From Chiloscyllium plagiosum (taxonomy: Eukaryota), in NCBI RefSeq assembly GCF_004010195.1, contig NC_057718.1, forward strand, positions 38,618,023 through 38,682,022: DNA of 64,000 bases, given 5' to 3'. The notes under the pieces were generated by a model. That model was given only the letters and a program-made list of their open reading frames with translations, had not been told where the DNA came from and ran no database searches. Numbering within the stretch: the first letter of the stretch is position 1; each line of letters starts with the position of its first letter. Positions 1-12,500 of the stretch are shown piece by piece. The translations under genes and the position numbers were made by a program.

Positions 1-290
1 CATTTATCTGAATTAAACTCCATCTGCCACTTCTCAGCCCATTGGCCCATCTGATCAAGATCCTGTTGTAATCTGAGGTAACCTTCTTCACTGTCCACTA
101 TTCCTCCAATTTTGGTGTCATCTGCAAACTTACTAACTGTATCTCTTATGCTCGCATCCAAATCATTTATGTAAATGACAAAAAATAGAGGACCCAGCAC
201 CGATCCTTGTGGCACTCCACTGGTCTAAGGCCTCCAGTCTGAAAAACAACCCTCTACCACCACCCTCTGTCTTCTACCTTTGAGCCAGTT
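1..290 (-). mobile_element. CR1 LINE ORF2 (RT) fragment, continuing off the window edge
   Basis: Reverse complement closely matches the CR1 RT region at 22490-22790 (GVPQGSVLGP, SKFADDTKIGG). Confidence 0.9.
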
Positions 291-964
291 GTATTGATAA
301 AGTTGTTTCCATATATAAAGTATTTAACATACCAGAGACAACTGAAAATACCTTTCCCAATATCTGGTGAGGTATTCATAAGGTGGAAGCATTTTTGAAA
401 TGGCTTCTATTATTCTACAAATTATTATCAATTTTACTTCTCATGATCAATTATATTAATTTACATGAAATTACATTAAAACTAACTATTTTTTGAGTTG
501 TCTATATATCCTTGTTCGCTTATTCTTTTGGAATCCACTGGTACACCTTTCCCTCTGATCACAACCCATAAGCCCTGGTCCCAGTTCGCTATGTATTGAT
601 TATTTTATAGACAGTGGAAATTATTCAAAATTCTTGCCATCTCTTTCAGAACATGGGCTGAATTTCATCAGTCAGTAGGTTCAAAATTCACTTTTTCTTG
701 TTGCTACTAATGTACTTTGTTTAGTTGTATTCATTTGTTGAAAACCACTTTAAAGATATAATTGTAATCCAGAAGCCAATGACCTTGTCGGTGGCACAAC
801 TTGCCTCATTCACATTCAGCTTTCTATCTAGCCAAACTTGACAATAACTTAGACATGGAATTCAGAACTGGTATTTGTTGAACTCAGCTTGCCTCTTGGT
901 TTGAATAGCCTCCATGTTGCACACAAAGAAACTGCAACTTGGGCAATGTCCATGGGTGAAAGTA

Positions 965-1154
965 GGCGAAAATGAGGACTGCAGATGCTGGAGATCAGAA
1001 TCTAGATTAGAGTGGTGCTGGATAAGCTCAGCAGGTCAGACAACATCCGAGGAGCAGGAAAATCGATGAAGGGCTTTTGCCCGAAATGTCAATTTTCCTG
1101 CTCCTCGGATGCTGCCTGACCTGCTGTGCCTTTCCAGCACCACTCTAATCTAGA
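965..1154. mobile_element. Short fold-back (palindromic) Penelope-derived element
   Basis: Arms at about 1001-1066 and 1089-1154 are reverse complements. Sequence matches the termini of the Penelope copies at 25311 and 40746; the loop contains gatgaagggcttttgcccgaaa. Confidence 0.85.
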
Positions 1155-3214
1155 CCCCAATAGCCATGGATACTAGCCACACACACTTCTCATCCAGGGC
1201 CACCGGCATCCAGCATTTGCTAACCTCTTAATGACTATCATGATATCCCTCCAATGCACTTGCAGATTGCTATGAAAGTACAGACTTCATAGTGTCACAC
1301 TGGCAACAAGCATTGCAAGGCTGCAGCAAAGACATTGCATGCATGGACAGGGACCCATGAATTGGATAAATGACTTAAGTTGCTCACTTAGCATCCCACG
1401 TAACATCTACTTGAAACTCAGAGCATCTATAGCTTACCATGCCTTGTTATGCCATTTAGCACAGTCACACAACCATGCAGCTTGCCTTGCTGCTCAGCAA
1501 TCCTCAGTCAAGTGATAAACATCTTGCTGTATGGCAATTAGCTCTGTCAGTCTCACACCTGTAGACAAACTCAATCAACTAATGTTCATTAAAAGAAACT
1601 TTCACAAAAATGAGAAAATTCAGCCTATAACTCCATCGCATCCAATTTCCCATAATAACTTTGTCAGAAATTCAGTATTTTTTATTGCCACTGTCACTAC
1701 TCACTAGTGCACTGAATGTCTCACTCTTCCCCGAGTCCTCACAAATGTGCAACATTTGATTCAACTGTCAAAGTGCCTAATTTTATCTCACTGTCTAATT
1801 TAGGTTAAAAGAATATGCACACCAAGTTTTGTAATCAGCAATAGAATAACTACTTATAGTAATCAATTCATTTTTAACCAGTGGCAAGAAAGAAAAAGGA
1901 ATTGCTAACTTATAAATCTATAACTTAAACTCAATCCCTTAAAATTCCTGTCGACATGCATACAGACACACAAAGGAACAAGACATAAGTATTATGTGTG
2001 GAGAAAGGCAAAAATAATCAGAGAGAAGCACAGTTCTAGTACCAGTTCAGATTACAGACATTGATGAGTTATTTTCTTTTGGTCCTTTTGATTCCTTTGA
2101 GCTGTTTCATAAGGACATATTTTTGTAGGTACGCTGATTCTCAGTATTTCCTTCACTGCTTAAGGATTTGCCTTCACAGTGTCACTGAAGTTCATTTATT
2201 TTCTTTTTATTTCCTTTCAACAAGGGAATTCACAGAGAAATGTGTTAAGGCTACCAGGACATTTTTTTTCTTTTCCATTGATGAGGGAGAAAGAATTTTA
2301 GGTGTTTTCTATTTGCAGATTTGAAGCTTCTCCAATATTGTGCACATACAAGGCTCTAGTGATTACCCACAAACCAATCAAGAAATTGTTACTGTGCTGA
2401 ACCCCCTGACCACAACAACTGGTCAATTGATAAAAAACAATAAAGACCAGTCTCTAGGCAAAACTGTGATGAACATTTATGCACTTTGACAATGTATCGA
2501 GCATCCTCACACACTGCTTGAATAAGGCAATACAGTAGATTCAATTCAAAATGAGTTCCAATAACTCATTTTAAAAGCTGCAACATCTTCCACAATTTCC
2601 TTGGTTTTAAAGCAATACCATTCCCGATATTTGAGGCCACAATCCAAAAGATAAAAGTGGTCATTATTGGGGTCTTATCACACTTCTAGCCATCTATCTG
2701 TGCCGTTATGTAGCTGCTGATAACAGTAGTACAGGAGTGAAACCAATTGGCTATTTTCTGTAAGTTTTGACCTGAAACAGAATTTTTAGCCTTTCTTTAC
2801 AAATGTAGACTGAATTGCTGAGTATTTCCAGCATTTTCTTTATTATTCTTTCAAATTTCGAACATCTACCGTATGTTGATATTTTTCTTCGAGTTTGAGC
2901 AATGACTTTGTTAGAATTAAAAGGAATTATCCTAGTTTGGAGCAACCAATAAGATACTTTACTGTTGATAGGTAATAGATAATTAGTTAAAAACACAATT
3001 TTAAAGTGCATACTTTAAGTATTCAATATTGCAAAGAATCAAATATTCAATTTATAACCTTGCATTTTAACTTCTATTGGTTGCATTTCATTATTTCAAA
3101 ATGAAATAAAAACAGATTTATGTCCAAAATATGGAAATCATTTTTTTGGAATAACTATACAAAAGGCATCTGTAAATGATGATTCCTGATTGTTTATATT
3201 GTTTCTGGACTTTT

Positions 3215-3298
3215 TTATTGAGAATGTGGTGCAGGTCAGGCAGCATCCTTGGAGCAGGGGAATTGACATTTCGGGCGTAAGCCCTTCATCAGGAATGG
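3215..3298 (-). mobile_element. Single Penelope terminal arm with hammerhead motif
   Basis: Minus strand reads CTGATGAAGGGCTTACGCCCGAAATGTC. Flanked by the direct repeat ctggactttt (3205-3214 and 3299-3308). Confidence 0.75.
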
Positions 3299-3624
3299 CT
3301 GGACTTTTACATGACTTTAAGTCTTGTGAGGCATACTTGACTGTAGTCAGTGTCAGTGCAGCTCATAAAACATGAAAATTCAATTTTTGTTCCACATGAC
3401 TCTGTGTGGGAAGCTTAGAGGATGTTAAATAATTCTGGAGAAAAATACATATTAAAGTTTTAAAATTTATTCATCTACAGCTCATATCCATTGGGGTACT
3501 CCAACATTAGGCATATTGGTTTGTAAGGATTTATCTTTGGCCTATTTCTCAACAGAATGCTGGCTCTCAGTGACATGAATTGAAGGCGCAGCATTACTTT
3601 TCACATGTACACTGATACCTTTAA

Positions 3625-6600
3625 GTAAGTTTGTATCCAAATGGCTAGTTCTTCCTGTGTTCCATGAGATCTAACCTTGCTAACCAGTCTCCTATGGGGA
3701 ACCTTGTCGAATGCTTTACTGAAGTCCATATAGATCACGTCCAATGCTCTGCCCTCATCAATCCTCTTTGTTACTTCTTCAAAAACAACACAATCAAGTT
3801 CGTGACACATCATTTCCCATGCACAAAGCCATGTTGACTATCCCTAATCAGTCCTTGCCTTTCCACATACGTTTAAATCTTGTCCCTCAGGATTCCCTCA
3901 AACAACTTGCCCACCACTGACGTCAGGCTCACCGGTCTATAGTTCCCTGGCTTGTCCTTACCACATTAGCCAACCTCTAGTCTTTTGGCACCTCACCTGT
4001 GACTATCAATGAGACAAATATCTCAGCAAGGGGCCCAGCAATCACTTCACTCACATCCCATGGAGTTCTAGGGTACACCTGATCAGGTCCAGGGGATTCA
4101 TCCACTTTTATGTGTTTCAAGACATCCAGCACTTTACCCTCTGTAATGTGGACATTTTCAAGATGTCACCATCTATTTCCCGACATTCTAATCTTCAATG
4201 TCCTTCTCCACATTAAACACTGCTGCAAAATACTCGTTTAGTATCTCCTCCATCACCTGTGGCTCTACACAAAAGCTGCCTTACTGATCTTTGAGGGGCC
4301 CGATTCTCTCCCGAGTTACCCTTTGTCCTTAATGTATTTGTAAAAACCCTTTGGATTCTCCTTAACCCAATTTGCCAAAGCTATCTCATGTCCCCCTTTT
4401 GCACTCTTGATTTCCCTCTTAAGTATATTCCTACCACCTTTATACTCTTCTAAGGAATCACTTGATATATTCTGCCTATATCTGACATATGCTTCCTTCT
4501 TTTTCTTAACCAAACCATCAACGTCTGTAGTCATCCAGCATTCCCTACACTTACCAGCCTTTCCTTTCACCCTAACAGTAATATAATGTCTCTCGTTATT
4601 AATTTCTGAAGACTTTTAATTTTGCAACTATCCCTTTATCTGGGAACATCTGCCCCCAATACGTTCCTGCCTAATACAGTCAAAATTATCCTTCCTCCAG
4701 TTTAGAACTTCAACTTTTAGATGTGGTCTAACTTTTTCCATCACTATTTTAAAACTAATAGAATTATGGTCACTGGCCCCAAAGTGGTCACCCACTGACA
4801 CCTCAGTCACCTGCCCTGCCTTATTTCCCAAGAATAGGTCAAATTTTTGCACCTTCTGTAGTAGGTAATCAGAAAATTTTCTTGTACACACTTAACAAAT
4901 TCCTCTCTATCTAAACCCTTAACACTTTGGCAGTTCCAGTCTATGTTTGGAAAGTTAAAATCCCCTATCATAACCATCTCATTATTCTTACAGATAACTG
5001 AAATCTCCTTACAAATTTGTTTCTCAATATCCCGCTGACTATTAGGGGGGTCTATAATACAATCCCAATAAGGTGATCATCCCTTTCTTATTTCTCAGTT
5101 CCACCCAAATAACATCCCTGGATATATTTCCAGAAATACCCTCCCTTAGTACAGCTGTAACCCTATCCCTTATCAAAAGCACCATGTCCCCTCATCTCTT
5201 GCCTCCCTTTCTGTCCTTCCTGTAGCATTTGTATCCTGGAACATTAAACTGCCAGTTCTGTCCATCTCTAAGCCACATTTCTATAATTGCTATGATATCC
5301 CAGTCCCATGTTCCTAACCATGCCCTGAGTTCATCTGCCTTCCCTGTTAGGCCTCTTGCATTGAAATAAATGCAGTTCAATTCATCAGTCCTACCTTGTT
5401 CTCTGCTTTGTCCCTGCCTGCCCTGACTGCTTGACTCACTTCTTTTCTCAACTGTACCAGTCTCAGATTGATCTCTTTCCTCACTATTTCCTGGGCCCCC
5501 TCGCAATGTTACTAGTTTAAAACCTCCTGAGCAACTCTAGCAATTCTCCCTGCCAGTATATTAGTCCCCTTTTAATTCAGGTGCAATCCATCCTTGTATA
5601 AGTCACTTCAACCCCAGAAGAGATTCCAATGATCCAAAAATGTGAATCATTCTCCCATACACCAGCTCCTCAGCCAGGCATTCATCTGTTCTATCCTCCT
5701 ATTCCTACCTTCACTAGCTCACAACACTGGGAGTAATTCCGATATTACTACCCTCAAGGACCTCCTTTTTTAAATTCCTGCCTAACTTCCTATATTCTCC
5801 CTTCAGAATCTCATCCTTTTCCCTTCCTTTGACATTGGTTCCAACATATACAATGACCTCCTGCTGGTCCCTCTCCCTGCACTGTCTCTGAGACATCCTT
5901 GATCCTGGCACCAGGGAGGCAACACACCATTCTGATTTTTCACTGCTGGCCACAGAAACTTCTATCTGTTCCTCTGACTAGAAAGTCCCCTAACATAATC
6001 AATTGATCATAACCCGATGTACCCCTCATTACATCCGAGCCTATCTTGATACCAGAAACTTGGCTGTAGGTGCTACATTCCCCTGAGAATCCATCACCCC
6101 TACGTTTTCCAAAACAGCATACTTGTTTGAAATGGGGATAGCCACAGAAGACTCCTGCATTACTTGCCTACCTCTCTTACCTTTCCTGGAGTTAACCCAT
6201 CTATGTGTCTGTACCTGTGGCTTTTGCCCCTTCCTATAACTGCCATCCATCACACCCCCTTGTTCTTGTAAATTCCTCATTGCTTCTAACTGTCGCTCCA
6301 ACCGATCCATTCAATCTAATAGGATTTGCAACCAATGGCACTTATTGCAGATATAATCCTCAGTAACACATAAACTCTCCCTAAACTTCCACACCCAACA
6401 AGAAGAACATATCACTCTACTAAATACCGATTTTGCTTCTTCCAATCTACAGACCCAGAAAATAGCACCGTCTTATTCCTCTACAGAACACTGCTCCAGG
6501 CTAACTTAAAAATTATGACTTAAAAGATATATCTCAATAAACATATAATCAAGAAAGAACCCACTCTACTCACTATTGTAGATTTACAGTAAAGCTATAC

Positions 6601-7060
6601 TTAAAACTATTCACTTATCTGTTTCTGTCCTGTGACCTCTCCCAAACAAGGTTCCTCCAAGATCAGTTGTGAATTTTGCTGTTTACGTTTTCCTAGATGC
6701 ACTCCGATGTCCAGCGATACATGAATTCAGCAAAGGCAATAACTGCGCAGGTCCACTCTATGTCAGTTAGCAGTGTGGGTTTCTTTCTCTCTCTCTCTTT
6801 CTCTCTTTCTCTCTCTCTCTCTCTCTCCCCTGCCATGACATGTGCTGCCTATTGTCTGTCCTTCTCCCTTTTCTAAAGTGCCGTTGTTTTGACTTTTTTT
6901 TTCCAAAATTCCAAATATGCATATAAATATGTAACAGCGTATAAAACAGTAATTTCTGCTCATGGAATTTGAGGAAATCTCCTCCAACACCTAAAATACC
7001 TCAAAAAAGGAGCAGCCTGTTATAGCTAGAAATTTTCCCACCCGCCATCTTGGATTACCC
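3625..7060 (-). mobile_element. CR1 LINE, 5'-complete and 3'-truncated, decayed (5'UTR, ORF1 zinc finger/esterase, ORF2 endonuclease and start of RT)
   Basis: Fragments: ORF1 DRLERQLEAMRNL and VIVYVGTN (SGNH-like); endonuclease LNCIYFNARGL, DIIAIIEMWL, SDHNSISF; RT DVIYMDFSKAFDKVPH. Multiple stops and frameshifts. Confidence 0.92.
6781..6827 (+). repeat. Imperfect (CT)n microsatellite inside the CR1 5'UTR
   Basis: ttctttctctctctctctttctctctttctctctctctctctctctc. Confidence 0.95.
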
Positions 7061-7511
7061 ATTCATAATTTCACACTGAAGAGTTAACATATGAACAAAA
7101 TAATTATCATTTTTTGTAGATGAGATCAAATTGGGGATAACCCCAATGATGATTGGAAGATCATGCAAGGTGATGTTAGAAAACTTGCAGACTGGCTTTT
7201 AATTAAGAAATTAGCTTTAACATAGTTATATGTGAAGCAATGTACTTTGGTTCAAAAAAATGACACCTTAACGTAGAATGTCAAAATCTAAATGGATTAG
7301 GGAAACAACGGGAGATATCAGGAGAACAAATCATTAAGGTAGCAAATTGGGTTAGCAAAGCAAATATAATGCTTGCATTTATTTCTGGAAACAGAATTCA
7401 AAAGTAGTGAAGTTATATTAAACTTCTGTAGCACCCTAATCAGGCTACATTTAGAATTTTGTTTATCAATGGTCTCCATTCTGCAAAAAGGTCATAAAAG
7501 CACTGAAACTT

Positions 7512-9530
7512 TTCATTTTCATTTGCAAGATGTGGTCATTGCTGACTAGATCAGCATTTATTACCCATCACTAATTGTCCTTGAGAGGGCAGTGGTGAAC
7601 TGCCATCATGGAACCACTGCAGCCCACGTAGGTACACAGGAATGATTTTCTGGATTTTGACCCAGTAACAAGGAAGGAACACAAAATTGGTACCAGAAAT
7701 GAACAGTTTATGGCTTGGAGAGGAATTTACCGGTGGAGGACTTGCATGTCTGGAAGGTGCTGGCAAAGGAACTTTAGCGAGTTGCTGCACCAAAATTTAT
7801 AGATTGCGCGCACTGCTGTCATTATTCATTGCTGCTGAAGGAAGCTAAAGGTGAAGAATGGGATGCCAGTCAAGGGGTTTGATTTTGCCTAAATGGTGTT
7901 GAGTGTCTTATGTGTTCTTAGAACTGCACCTTTCCAGGTCAGTGGAGAACATTCCATGACATTTGTCTAGTAGATGGTGGACAAGATTTTAGGAGTCAAA
8001 GGTATTTTACTCACCTCAGAATTCCTAGCATCTGACCTGCTTTCATAGCCACATTGTTCAAGAGGCTGATCCAATTCTTCTAGTCAGTGCTAACCCACAA
8101 AAAAGTTGTTATGGGGGTTTCAATGCTGATAATGCTAGTGATGTCCATGTCTTGCTGCATATGGACACAGAGTAAAATAAGTGGCAAACAGTGCTGAATA
8201 CTGTGCACCAGTGGCCATCCCTACTGCTGACATTATGATGAAAGGAAGGTTGTTGATGAAACTGCTGAAGAAGGTTGGGCATAGGGCACGACCTTAAGAA
8301 ACCCCTGAAGTGAGGTCGCAGGATTGAAATGAATCACCTCCAACTCTACAACCATTTTACTTTGCACTTAGCATGACTAACCAAAGGAGAATTTACCCCT
8401 GATGTCTATAGACCCCAGTTTTGCTGTGGCTCCTTGGTGCGATACTCAGTCCTGTGCTGCACCGATGTCAAGGGCAGACACTCTCACCTCACCTCCGGAG
8501 ATCAGCTCTTTTGGCCATATTTGGATTAAGGTTGTATTTGAGGTCAGGAGTTGAGTGCCCCTAGTAGGATCCAAACTGAGTGTCAGTGAGCAGATTATTA
8601 CTGAGTCACTTGAAAGTACTATCAACAACAACATTCATTATTTTGCAGATGATCGAGAGTAAACTGATGGGGTGGTAATTTGCTGAGTTTGATTTGACAT
8701 GTCTTTTATTAACAGTACATAGCTTGGCTATTTATCACATTGTCTGGCAGATGCCAGTGTTGTAACTTTACTGGAACAGCTTGACTAGTGCACAGCTAAT
8801 TATAGAGGAAAGTCTTTAGTAATATACCTGTATTGCCAGAATATTGTCAGGGTCATAACCTTTGCAATAGCCAGTTCCTTTAGTTGGTTCTTGATGTCAA
8901 ACTAAATTAGCCACACAACACTTCTGGCTGAAGATTGTCTAGTGATTTGCACTTATGTGCTGAGCTCCCACACCAATGAGGATGGGGAAGTTTGAGGAGC
9001 CTTTTCCCATTGTTATGTTTCTGATTGTCCACCGTTATTCATAACTATGTGATAGGACTGCAGAGCTTAAATCTGACCCATTGCGTGGAATTAGATAGTC
9101 CTATCTATCACTTACTGCTTTTCTGTTTGGCATGCAAAAAGTCCAATTTTGTAGCTTGGCCGGTTTGACAACTCATTTCTAGGTACGCCTGGTGCTCCCC
9201 TCATATGGTCTCCTCTCTTCATTGAGGCAGGATTGATCCAACGCCTTGATGGTAATGGTAGAGTAGGAGATATGCCAAGCCACGAGGTTGTAGACTGTTT
9301 GAATATAATTTTGCTGCACCTATCGTCCAAAGCATTCATGGATGCCCAGTTTTGAATCACTGGATCCACTTGAAATTGATCCCATTCAGCACATGGTAGT
9401 GTTACACAACGTGATGGAAAATATCTGCAAAGTGAAGACAGAAATACATCTGCACAAGGACTGTGCAATGGTTTCTCCTACCAATATTGTCATGCTTAGA
9501 TGCATCTGAGATAGGTAGATTGGTGAGAAG
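7512..9530 (-). mobile_element. Decayed CR1/L2-group LINE (family B), apparently inserted into an old + strand CR1 remnant (about 7100-7510 and 9530-9830)
   Basis: Begins with the tail cagcatttattacccatcactaattgtccttgag, shared with copies at 19455, 23872 and 27525. Internal sequence is collinear with the 19455-21170 copy. Confidence 0.7.
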
Positions 9531-12500
9531 AGGAGAATCCAAAACCCAGGTCCATAAATATAAAATAGTTGCGAATAGAACCAAGGGGGGGGCTAACGCC
9601 ACTTTTCTTTCAGAATGATGAATACATGTCTACCGGAAGTAATTGAGGAAATTTAAATACTTCCAAATCAAAACTGCATTACTACATGAGAGCAAATAGA
9701 ATTGTAAGATATTCTAAAAGACAGAGCTGAAACAGATAGACTGAGAAGAGACCTGTATAGAGCGTAAGCAACAGTAGGAACTAGTTGGACAGGCTGGCAG
9801 TTTTCTGTACTATGTATTCTATGTAGTTAATAACTGTTTTCCTAACCTATGCATTCAATACAACCCTTAATGCTACCTATTTCCTGCATAGCCTCTCCAC
9901 TTAATCTAAACCTCTCCTTGATGTTTTTCTGTATGTATATAATTAGCCATAGTTACAAATGACCATAAACATCTTTTTCAATTAAATAGAGACAGTTGGT
10001 TATTTCTTAAAAGACACCATTTTGCAAACATGAGACAAATAAAGAAACAGATTTCCACGAACTAGCACATCATTCTGCATCTAACTCTAGAGACCTAGCC
10101 AACTGAGCTAAGTAACATCCCATGGAATATGTAATAAAAATTTAGCATTTTGTTACTTTTGACTGTTTATAATTTCAATTTGCTTGCTATTAACCCTGAA
10201 ATTGGGTAGACCAATAGTGAACCTCCTTACAAGTTTAACGTTAACCTTGATCTTATTCGTGGAAACTTTGTATCTTAGGATCAACAAGTTATGTTTCCAC
10301 TAAAATACACACTGGCTCATGGATTGATGTCGTGAACCGCGTGGTTGGTAGACTCAGACATAGAATGCTTGTAATATTTTTCACTGCCTTTGCAAAGCAT
10401 TGCTTTGGAGAGCTTTCGCTCAAGGAGGGACTAAAAGATTTTGTAAGGGAAACAAAAGCTGTCTTTAGTCTTTTCTACAATACATCCTCGGTTGTTATAA
10501 ATCTGCATACAGCTGCCTGCTTAATAGTCTCTAAGAGTGAAACAACTAATGTTTCATAGTAGGTGCTATGTTACTGACAAGATGCTTTAACTTTTTTTCT
10601 TGCCATTTTAGAACTATAATGTATGCCATATTAACGTGTGGTAAATATAAGAGAGTTACAGCTAAGGGATGTTATACACAGCAGGCATATGTATATATTT
10701 GATTGATTGTATATCCATTCGTTTGTTACAAATAGTCCATTAGTTTATTAAAACCTGATAAATGCTTTTGAACTATATAGGGAAGTGAGGTGGGCATTTT
10801 TTTGTGGAGTAAGCTAAATAACAGGGAATTGACTTTGGAATTTCCATTTTCAATTTTTATTTTTGTTTTATTTAACTTTTTTTCTAATCAACCTCTGGGG
10901 CAGGTGGGACCTGAACCCAGGCTTCTCTGGCCAGTGGCAGGGACACTCCAAGAGGGTCCCCATTTTCAATTTGTTTAATTTTCTTTCTGAATTGCACCAG
11001 CTTCATTTTCTAATTGGAAGCCCATTACTTCTGAGTGTGCAGGGCACCCCCTTGCATACGCAATTATGGATCCTAATGATAGCTGTAAGTGTCTGATTAA
11101 AAATCTTGTGCAAATAAGCAACTTGTGTTGCATATGCACTGTCCACGTCTTGATCTGCCTGACCCACAATCCTTAAAAGGATTGGCTTTACATGTTACGT
11201 TTCTGAGGAGCAAGGAAGATTTGGAACCTTTCTTGTGACTTCACAAAATTGCTGCAGCCTGCTGCTATCTTGATCTCTACACCCTTCCCTTTGGCTCCAT
11301 CCTTGATGGACAACTCAGCATTGAAGCTTACAGAAATTGGAAGAGCCCCTCCATTATGTTGCATCGTTGCCAAATTTTGATCAGGTCTTAGACAGAAAAT
11401 GCTATACTAACATTTCACTTGATTCATCCAAAACAGGCTGTAATTTTGAACTAACATTCTGCAGTGGCTGGATATTAAAAAATAAATTGTACGTGGGACA
11501 TGGGTAACATTGCAAAGCTATTTGTTACTGGTCACTCCCAGTCACTCTAAAGGCATTGAGTCAACTGCACAGTGTTGGACTGGTATCACTTTCCTTACTT
11601 GTAGAAAAGAGGGGATCAGTTTGGATCTTTACAATAACGCAGTAACACTTTAACCACATTTTTTCTAGCTGGTGGATACTAGCTGGAAAATGATCATATT
11701 TACAGAATCCAATTTCATACCTCGCTATAGTGAGATTTAAGCTGACAATCACTGAGTTGCTAGTTCAGTGCCCTAGCCAGATAGCCACTATTTCTGTACA
11801 TTGCTATAGATTCTTCTTCTTCAACTGGGTCAGTAAATTCTAGGATAGGTTTGAAGGGGTAAAATACTTATGACTTCACCAGTGATGTGGAGCTTTGCAA
11901 TTGGGGTAAGAAATCAGGTCCATAGCCGTATGAATACAGCTCATTGAATTTGAGTTTCAGGCATCGATCTTGGAGGTAAATTTGATACATGCTGCTCCTA
12001 TGTATGGATGTGATAAATTACAATTAATTCTGCAGATATAGTTCCTCCCAAAATTTGTGATTGTGTGTGAGCCAGAAGTTTACTACGCTGTAATTTTCCA
12101 GCACTCATAAATTCACTTCCAGGGGTTTCATGATAGGGATTTCTGCAGCAATGATGCTGCTGGGAAAAACAGTTGGAAGGAAAGCAGGAACCTCTAAATG
12201 AGTTGAAGTCCTTTTCCTAATCATACCTGGTGGATTACAAGAAGTATTTGGAACTCTGATCTTTCTCGCTTGTCTTTCAACTATGAGACCATTCCAACAC
12301 CAATCACTGACTTATCTTTCTGCTGACAGCATTTTGTTGGTGCCAGCAGGCATCTTCCGCAACACTGATCATGAGCACTCCCAAAGCCCACTAGCCAGTA
12401 GCTGCTTTTCACTAAAATCAGTGAACATTTTACTGGTGGCATTCTGGCCAAGACCCCTGGATGGAATTGCTGTCTGTTCTTGCCAGCTTCCTGCCAGGAG

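Noticed and set aside
965..1154. Palindrome as a miRNA precursor, terminator or CRISPR-like repeat
   Set aside because: Sequence matches Penelope termini; copies are dispersed, not arrayed with spacers.
1690..2640. Possible solo LTR
   Set aside because: No clear TG...CA boundaries, TSD or second copy could be established.
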